32,000 bases of DNA from the NCBI RefSeq assembly GCF_001652585.1, contig NZ_LWLG01000001.1, positions 210,001-242,000 on the forward strand. The letters are read 5' to 3'. Positions 26,569 through 32,000 of the stretch are shown here, one piece after another. The notes beneath the pieces are model-generated. The model was not told the origin of the DNA. It saw only the letters and a program-made list of their open reading frames with translations, and ran no database searches. This DNA comes from Thermosulfurimonas dismutans (GTDB taxonomy: Bacteria; Desulfobacterota; Thermodesulfobacteria; Thermodesulfobacteriales; Thermodesulfobacteriaceae). How positions within the stretch are numbered: the stretch's first letter is position 1; each line of letters begins with the position of its first letter. The position numbers and the translations under genes were made by a program.

Positions 26569-27005
26569 TATTCTTCCTCCTCGAAGAAGAATTCTTCTTC
26601 CTCTTCGGTAGGAATTTCTCCCTGCTCTTCCAGGAAATCCTCATATTCGTCGGCCGCCATGAGTTCTTCAAGTTCATCTAGATCGGAAAGTTTCACTTTA
26701 ATAAGCCAGCCATCCCCGTAAGGATCGCCGTTTACGATCTCCGGGTCCTCCAAGATCTCTTCGTTCACTTCCACCACTTCTCCGGACACCGGAGCCACCA
26801 ACTCCTCCACCCCTCTAGCGCTCTCCACACTGCCAAAAATTTCGCCCTTTATCAGTTCGTCTCCTTCTTCTGGCAGCTCCAAATCTAGAATCTCCCCATA
26901 AAGACGTTGGGCAAAAGCGGAAAGACCAATTGAAGCCCGATTCCCTCTTTCTTTCTTGACCCAGAGATGTTCTTCGGAATAAAACCGATCCTCCGGAATA
27001 GCCAT
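26568..27005 (-). CDS. Glycine-cleavage H-protein-like (GcvH/LbpA fold) paralog lacking the lipoyl-lysine, with an acidic C-terminal extension
   Basis: This 145-aa ORF aligns without gaps to the GcvH core: YSEEHLWV...GLSAFAQ...GSVESARGVEELVAPVSGEVVEVNE...PYGDGWLIKVK. The canonical ESVKA lysine position is Arg (codon AGA, read directly from the DNA). The C-terminus is EEQGEIPTEEEEEFFFEEEE. A strong SD (GAGAGGAGGTG) precedes the ATG. Confidence 0.85.
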   Translation of the reverse strand: MAIPEDRFYSEEHLWVKKERGNRASIGLSAFAQRLYGEILDLELPEEGDELIKGEIFGSVESARGVEELVAPVSGEVVEVNEEILEDPEIVNGDPYGDGWLIKVKLSDLDELEELMAADEYEDFLEEQGEIPTEEEEEFFFEEEE

Positions 27006-27165
27006 GAACCACCTCCTCTCAGGTTTATGTCCTCCGATTAGCCGAATTCCAACCTTTTGGCAAGAGGGGACATTTATACGTCTTGTCTTTTTCCCTAAAA
27101 GACTTATCTTAAAGCCTAAAAGAACGAGCTAGCGTTAAAAAATAAAAGTTCGTAAGGAGGTTATC

Positions 27166-27918
27166 ATGAAAAGGATTTGGCAAGCATTGATGATGGCCAT
27201 CCTTTTAGGGGCTGCGGTTTCGACCTGGGCCATGCCCACCAAGATAGTCGTGGGGATCAAGGCACGGGATGCCAAATTTATTGGGACTTCTATGGGTGGT
27301 GTACTAGTCATGATTCAAGACGTGGAAACTGGGGAACTTCTGGCCAAAGGCTATGCCCAAGGAAGCACCGGTAATACCAAGCTCCTCATGGAGACCCCCA
27401 AGGAACGCTATACTAAGCTTATCGTGGACCACACCGCGCGATTTGAGGCCAATCTGGATCTGAAAGAACCGCGTAAGATCAAGATCATCGCTCGAGGTCC
27501 TTTGGCCCAACCGCAGGCCGTCAACGAAGTTTCGGTAACTACCTGGGTAGTTCCGGGCAAAGACATAAACGAACTTGTGTTGGAGATGCCTGGTCTGGTG
27601 GTAAGGGCCTTGAGTCCTTCGGCTCACACCATGATAAAAGGGCCGGCGAATGTAGAAGTCGTGGCCTCGGTAACGCCCATGTGTGGGTGCCCGGTAAACC
27701 CCAAATTCTACTGGAAACCAGAGAACTACGAAGTGGCCGTAATAGTCAAGAAAAACGGTCAATACTTCAATACCTATCCTCTAAAGTTTTCGGGAAAAAC
27801 CAACATCTTTCAGACCGACTTGCAACTTGACAAGGGAGTTTACGAATTTATCGTCTACGCCTATGATGCCAAAACCGGAAATACGGGTGTAGACAAGACG
27901 ACCGTAATCGTAAAATAG
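27166..27918 (+). CDS. Secreted hypothetical protein, family not recognised (beta-rich, CGC motif)
   Basis: This is a 250-aa ORF with a strong SD (AAGGAGG) and a signal peptide (MKRIWQALMMAILLGAAVSTWA). It contains only two Cys, adjacent in SVTPMCGCPVNP. The C-terminal third has an Ig/FixH-like beta pattern (GVYEFIVYAYDAKTGNTGVDKTTVIV). I do not recognise a named family. Confidence 0.6.
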   Translation: MKRIWQALMMAILLGAAVSTWAMPTKIVVGIKARDAKFIGTSMGGVLVMIQDVETGELLAKGYAQGSTGNTKLLMETPKERYTKLIVDHTARFEANLDLKEPRKIKIIARGPLAQPQAVNEVSVTTWVVPGKDINELVLEMPGLVVRALSPSAHTMIKGPANVEVVASVTPMCGCPVNPKFYWKPENYEVAVIVKKNGQYFNTYPLKFSGKTNIFQTDLQLDKGVYEFIVYAYDAKTGNTGVDKTTVIVK

Positions 27919-27950
27919 GCCTTTAGATAGCCTTATCGGGAGGTTTAAAA

Positions 27951-28478
27951 ATGCGAAACGGATGGTCGCCTTATATGGGAGGAGCTCTAACCGGTCTGCT
28001 GTTAATCCTCTCCGTATTGGTAACACAACAACTTCTAGGGGCTCCCAAATACTTGGGGACCTCCACGGCTTACGTCAAAGTGGCCGGTTTGATAGAAAGA
28101 GCCGTTTCTCCCGAAACGGTGGCCACCAATGCTTACTATCAAAAGAAAAAGCCTGGTATAGACTGGAAAGTGATGCTAGTCCTCGGAGTTCCCATCGGGG
28201 CCTTTATAGCGGCAGTAAGAAATCGGGAGTTCCGCCTTCGGTTGGTTCCCGATAGATGGCAGGAACGCTTTGGACCATCCCCGGCTCTCCGGGCGGCAGG
28301 GGCCTTTATTGGAGGGTTCCTCATCATCTACGGTGCCCGCCTGGCTGGCGGATGCCCCAGCGGACACGGGCTTTCTGGCATGAGCCAGATGGCCATAAGC
28401 GCCTTCATCGTGGTTGCGGGATTCTTTGCAGGAGGCATACCTCTGGCCCTTCTATTGTACGGCCGGAAAAAGGACTAA
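27951..28478 (+). CDS. YeeE/YedE-family sulfur-compound transporter component (half-size, first of a pair)
   Basis: This 175-aa polytopic membrane ORF carries the family signature GARLAGGCPSGHGLSG. The SD GGGAGG precedes the ATG. Confidence 0.8.
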   Translation: MRNGWSPYMGGALTGLLLILSVLVTQQLLGAPKYLGTSTAYVKVAGLIERAVSPETVATNAYYQKKKPGIDWKVMLVLGVPIGAFIAAVRNREFRLRLVPDRWQERFGPSPALRAAGAFIGGFLIIYGARLAGGCPSGHGLSGMSQMAISAFIVVAGFFAGGIPLALLLYGRKKD

Positions 28479-28499
28479 TCTCAGCGGGGAGGAAATAAG

Positions 28500-29024
28500 A
28501 TGGAACTCGTGATAGGTCTTGTAACCGGTATTCTATGGGGATACATCTTTCAAAGAACCCGTATTCTCCGTTTCGAGAAACACGTAGGGCTCCTTACCCT
28601 CACCGATCTTACGGTATTAAAGTTCCTTCTTACAGGTGTTCTGATAGGGGCCATCGGGATTCAGATCCTTACCACTTTGGGCCTAGCCACCTATCACCTG
28701 AAACCTACCTTCGTGCTAGCCAACCTCCTTGGGGGGGTGATCTACGGTCTCGGCTGGGCTATCCTGGGGTACTGCCCGGGGACCGCGCCCGGAGCGGTGG
28801 GAGAGGGTTCGCTCGACGGAATCTTTGCGGTCCTGGGCGGTCTATGCGGGGCCATGGCCTTCGCCCACACCTACCCCTTCTGGCAAAAGACAGTTTACGG
28901 CGTGGGCGCCCTGGGCAAGATCTCGCTGCCTGCCATTTTACATTTTCCCCCGCTTCTACTGGGCATAATCTTTGCGGGGCTTCTCTTGGCCTTTATCCTT
29001 TTTCTTGAGAAAATGGGCTGGTGA
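28500..29024 (+). CDS. YeeE/YedE-related transporter component (half-size, second of a pair)
   Basis: This 174-aa polytopic membrane ORF carries the related motif LLGGVIYGLGWAILGYCPGTAPG. The SD GGGGAGG precedes the ATG. Its TGA overlaps the pyrK GTG as GTGA. Confidence 0.8.
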   Translation: MELVIGLVTGILWGYIFQRTRILRFEKHVGLLTLTDLTVLKFLLTGVLIGAIGIQILTTLGLATYHLKPTFVLANLLGGVIYGLGWAILGYCPGTAPGAVGEGSLDGIFAVLGGLCGAMAFAHTYPFWQKTVYGVGALGKISLPAILHFPPLLLGIIFAGLLLAFILFLEKMGW

Positions 29025-29791
29025 TCGGAGCGCGAGTTGTTTCTCAGCGCGAGGTCTCTCCGGGCTACTTTCTCCTAAAACTGGAGGCCCCGGAGATTGC
29101 TCACCAGGCCCGGCCTGGACAGTTTGTCAAGATCACGGCCTGGGAAGGCCGGGATCCCCTCCTTCCCAGGCCTTTTTCGATACACGAAGTCAAAGATTCC
29201 CATCTTTGGATCCTATATCAAAGAAGGGGGTTAGGAACCAAGCTCCTCAGTAAAATCCACAGAGGCGAAACCGTTTGGCTGAGCGGGCCCTTTGGTCGTC
29301 CCTTCCCCTTGCCTGAAGAGGGATCGGTCTGGCTGGTAGCCGGAGGCGTAGGCGTAGCCCCTTTTTTCTTTTATGCTGGCGTACTCAGAACCCATAATAT
29401 TCCTTTTCGTTTCTTTTACGGGGCCCGGTCAAAGGGCGATCTCCTAAGGCTCAAGCATTTGCAAAGTCTGGGAAAGCTTCGGATAGCAACGGAAGACGGT
29501 TCCTTGGGATATCAGGGGTTCGTCACGGATTTGATCAAAGTCCAACTTGAGCAGGAAGATAGGCCAAAGATGATGGTAGCTTGCGGGCCGCCGGGGATGC
29601 TTTCGGCAGTGGGCCAAATCGGGGAGGCCTATGGGATTCCCACCTATCTCTCGTTGGAGGCCTTCATGGCCTGCGGACAAGGACTTTGCTTGGGCTGCGT
29701 AGTGCAACGCCGCCGAGGTGGATATCTTAGGGTCTGCCTAGAGGGGCCGGCGGTGGATTCCCGGGAGGTGGCGCTTGACAAACTCAGTTGA
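29021..29791 (+). CDS. pyrK: Dihydroorotate dehydrogenase (class 1B) electron-transfer subunit
   Basis: This 256-aa ORF has the FAD/NAD-binding fold motifs (RPFSI, GGVGVAP) and the C-terminal 2Fe-2S ligands ACGQGLCLGCVV...VCLEGP. Confidence 0.9.
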   Translation: MIGARVVSQREVSPGYFLLKLEAPEIAHQARPGQFVKITAWEGRDPLLPRPFSIHEVKDSHLWILYQRRGLGTKLLSKIHRGETVWLSGPFGRPFPLPEEGSVWLVAGGVGVAPFFFYAGVLRTHNIPFRFFYGARSKGDLLRLKHLQSLGKLRIATEDGSLGYQGFVTDLIKVQLEQEDRPKMMVACGPPGMLSAVGQIGEAYGIPTYLSLEAFMACGQGLCLGCVVQRRRGGYLRVCLEGPAVDSREVALDKLS

Positions 29792-30626
29792 ACTAGGCGA
29801 ACTCAAACTCCCAAACCCCCTCATGCTGGCCTCGGGCACTTGGGGTTTCGGAGAGACCCTCCCCCGGAAGATCCTTTCCTCGGTAGGAGCCCTGGTCACC
29901 AAAGGCCTCTCTCTTGAGCCTCGAACCGGCAACCCTCCCCCCAGGCTTTCGGAAACCCCCTGTGGCTTGGTAAATTCTATCGGGCTGGAGAACCCGGGGT
30001 TCGAAGTCTTCCGTAACCGCATCCTTCCCCGGCTCTTGGCCCTGGGCCCGCCGGTGATCGTAAACATCTTCGGCGAAAGCGAGGACGACTTTTTCAGACT
30101 TGCCGAAGGGCTAGCGGAGACAGGGATAGCCGGACTTGAGGTCAACATCTCCTGCCCCAACGTCAAGAAAGGGGGCATCGCCTTTGCCCGTGATCCAGAA
30201 GGGGTATTCAGGCTGGTAAGAGGCTTGACGTCCGTATGGGAACGTTTTTTTAGCGTGAAGTTATCGCCGGTAGGCCCGGTGGAAGAAGTGGCCCTGGCCG
30301 CCGAGGAGGCCGGAGCCCGGGCCCTTACCTGCGCCAACACCTACCCCGCCATGACGGTAGATCTCTCACGAGGCACCCCTAGGCTCCATCTGGGAGGCCT
30401 TTCTGGACCGGCCATAAAGCCCTTGACCTTAAGACTAGTTTATGAGCTTTCACGGAAGGTAAAGATCCCTATTATTGCCTCCGGCGGCATCATGAGCGCA
30501 CGCGATGCCCTGGAGTATCTTTCGGTTGGCGCCCGAGCCTTTCAAGTGGGGACCGCCATTCTTATAGATCCTGAGGCCCCTCGGAATATTCTCTCTGAGC
30601 TTGACGTCGCTCTCAAAGATCGCTAA
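29775..30626 (+). CDS. pyrD: Dihydroorotate dehydrogenase (class 1B) catalytic subunit
   Basis: This 283-aa ORF shows LPNPLMLASGTWGFGE, the active-site Cys motif NISCPN, then GGLSGPAIKP and ASGGI. The TTG start overlaps pyrK by 17 nt and is uncertain. Confidence 0.92.
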   Translation: MTNSVELGELKLPNPLMLASGTWGFGETLPRKILSSVGALVTKGLSLEPRTGNPPPRLSETPCGLVNSIGLENPGFEVFRNRILPRLLALGPPVIVNIFGESEDDFFRLAEGLAETGIAGLEVNISCPNVKKGGIAFARDPEGVFRLVRGLTSVWERFFSVKLSPVGPVEEVALAAEEAGARALTCANTYPAMTVDLSRGTPRLHLGGLSGPAIKPLTLRLVYELSRKVKIPIIASGGIMSARDALEYLSVGARAFQVGTAILIDPEAPRNILSELDVALKDR

Positions 30627-30635
30627 AGGAAAACT

Positions 30636-31439
30636 ATGCGAGGCCTAATACTCTTGTTTATGACCCTTCTCGTTACCGGTTGCGTCACGTCTCAGGAAGA
30701 AATACAGGGTCTAAGACTTCAAATTTCTACTTTGGAAACCCAGATTTCGGCCCAAGAGAAAAGGCTCAACGCCCTGGAGAAAACCCTTGCCAAAGAAAAG
30801 ACCCGGCTTTTGGCCTTAGAAAAAAGGCTGGCTGCCCTTGAGAAACAGACCGGAGTCCTTACCGAGAGACGAGCAGAGCTCCTTTCGGAGATGACCAAGA
30901 TCCGAGCCGAAATCGCACGTCTGAACGGTCTCTACGAAGAACTTTCCTACCAGCAGAAACAGGACCGTGAAGCCTTTTCCGAGTTTCAAACCGAGGTCTT
31001 GAAACGTCTGGCCACGCTTTCGAAGCCTAAGAAACTCACAACCCAAAAGGAGCCCCCTTCCAAGGTTTCAGAGAAGGACCTCTATCAATCTGGTCTCCTG
31101 GCTTTTAAACAAAGAAAGTTCGAAGCGGCCCGGAAGGCTTTCCGGCAATATCTAGAAAAATATCCCAAAGGACGGTACGCAGCCAATGCCTATTTCTGGA
31201 TCGGGGAAACCTACTACGCCGAGCGCCGTTATGAAGAAGCCATCCTAGAGTACCAGAAGGTGATCGACCGATTCCCGCAGAGTTACAAGGTACCGGCAGC
31301 CCTTCTCAAACAGGGGCTTTCCTTTCTTAGGCTGGGAGACACCGAAGCGGCTCGGATTCTTTTCAAAAAGATCGTCAAAGATTATCCCAAAAGCGAGCAA
31401 GCCACTACGGCCCGGAAATATCTTAAGCGATTGAAATAA
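30636..31439 (+). CDS. cpoB: Tol-Pal system protein CpoB/YbgF (lipoprotein form, coiled coil plus TPR)
   Basis: The lipobox is LLVTGC. The N-terminal coiled coil has ALEK-type heptads. The C-terminal TPR block reads YQSGLLAFKQRKFEAARKAFRQYLEKYPKGRYAANAYFWIGETYY...RILFKKIVKDYPKSEQA. Confidence 0.85.
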   Translation: MRGLILLFMTLLVTGCVTSQEEIQGLRLQISTLETQISAQEKRLNALEKTLAKEKTRLLALEKRLAALEKQTGVLTERRAELLSEMTKIRAEIARLNGLYEELSYQQKQDREAFSEFQTEVLKRLATLSKPKKLTTQKEPPSKVSEKDLYQSGLLAFKQRKFEAARKAFRQYLEKYPKGRYAANAYFWIGETYYAERRYEEAILEYQKVIDRFPQSYKVPAALLKQGLSFLRLGDTEAARILFKKIVKDYPKSEQATTARKYLKRLK

Positions 31440-31442
31440 CCG

Positions 31443-32000
31443 GTGCGAATCCTAATCTTTTGCCTGTGTCTATTTCTTCCTCTTCACAGTTGGGCCTTAA
31501 AAGTAGGGCTCCTGTTAAAGGACACCTCGCCTGAAAAAGAAAAATTCCTTCGCCTCACCGAAGAACTCACTTCTCGCTTTCGGCTGGAGGGCCTGAGTTA
31601 CTATTTCTCGACCTACGATTCAAGGCGTCCTTTTAAGGCCATACGCCAGGCCAAAAGCGAGGGCGTGGCGGTGCTCATCGGCCCTTTCCATCCTGGGGAC
31701 AACGAAAAGGCCATGGAAGCCGCCAGGGCCTATGGTATCCCCATCATTTTACTCACAGGCGACCTAGATCCCTTGAGGATGCCGGACGAACCCTTTAGAG
31801 GAGTCTTTCGCACAGGCCTCTCGCCACGCTTAGCTGCCAAGGGCATCCTGCGCTGTCTAGCGAAGAGAGGATTCCAGCGGATTGGCCTACTTCTCTCCCT
31901 TGACCAATACGGCCACACCGGGGTGAAATGGCTCAAGGTTTATGCCTGGGAGTATCGCCTGCGAATATCGAAAACGGTGTGGTTCGGGCCTCGGGATACT
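31443..32000 (+). CDS. Periplasmic substrate-binding protein (LivK / Peripla_BP_6-like), 5' part; the gene continues beyond the window end
   Basis: I translated this open frame by hand from the GTG at 31443 with no stop to the window end: VRILIFCLCLFLPLHSWALKVGLLLKDTSPEKE...GVAVLIGPFHPGDNEKAMEAARAYGIPIILLTGD...RIGLLLSLDQYGHTG. It shows a signal peptide and the type-I PBP pattern. It is absent from the ORF track because it is open-ended. Confidence 0.6.
   Translation, partial: MRILIFCLCLFLPLHSWALKVGLLLKDTSPEKEKFLRLTEELTSRFRLEGLSYYFSTYDSRRPFKAIRQAKSEGVAVLIGPFHPGDNEKAMEAARAYGIPIILLTGDLDPLRMPDEPFRGVFRTGLSPRLAAKGILRCLAKRGFQRIGLLLSLDQYGHTGVKWLKVYAWEYRLRISKTVWFGPRDT

Noticed and set aside
29775-30626. 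pyrD looks slightly short (283 aa), which might suggest a truncated gene.
   Set aside because: All core motifs are present, including the active-site Cys, the FMN-binding segments and the GGLSGP loop. Only the extreme C-terminus is shorter, which is within normal family variation.

Overview
The window is densely coding, with about 40 genes, one tmRNA and one decayed gene. Most of it reads as core chromosome of a thermophilic anaerobe. A Thermodesulfobacteriota-like origin is my inference from Glu/Lys/Arg-rich proteins, a 4-subunit 2-oxoacid:ferredoxin oxidoreductase, an IPCT/DIPPS-like solute gene and sulfur-trafficking genes; it cannot be verified here.

No rRNA, tRNA, CRISPR array, transposase or integrase was seen. 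Genes are packed into translationally coupled strings (ATGA, GTGA and TAGTG overlaps). Many have GTG or TTG starts preceded by GGAGG-type Shine-Dalgarno (SD) sites.

Gene order, left to right:
- pilD (partial) and a PilZ protein, minus strand.
- A six-gene plus-strand unit: KaiC/RecA-like ATPase, GlmU-C-like hexapeptide-repeat protein, parvulin PPIase, DEDDy RNase-H-fold exonuclease, diadenylate cyclase, HtrA. It ends in a strong terminator.
- yedF and a small membrane protein.
- smpB and ssrA (tmRNA).
- A visibly AT-richer stretch with a LysR regulator, a secreted double rhodanese and a frameshifted, truncated ModA-like remnant.
- A globin-like-GAF-GGDEF-EAL protein.
- rplM-rpsI-argC-truA-aspC, minus strand.
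- A PAS-PAS-GGDEF-EAL protein, then dtd and prmA.
- An IPCT/DIPPS-like bifunctional gene divergent from an ATP-grasp ligase.
- A six-gene minus-strand unit: gcvH-like, fabD and 2-oxoacid:ferredoxin oxidoreductase subunits delta, alpha, beta, gamma.
- A secreted Cys-Gly-Cys protein, a split YeeE/YedE transporter pair, pyrK, pyrD, cpoB(ybgF) and a partial periplasmic binding protein.

Observations most worth a second look:
1. An H-protein paralog whose lipoyl-lysine is replaced by Arg and which ends in EEEEEFFFEEEE. It heads the fabD/oxidoreductase unit.
2. A DEDDy exonuclease overlapping a non-canonical c-di-AMP cyclase inside an envelope-quality-control operon.
3. An unrecognised secreted protein with a CGC motif coupled to a split YeeE/YedE sulfur transporter that lacks a TusA partner.
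4. The smpB stop codon sharing its last base with the mature 5' end of tmRNA.

None of these can be confirmed without database searches or experiments.
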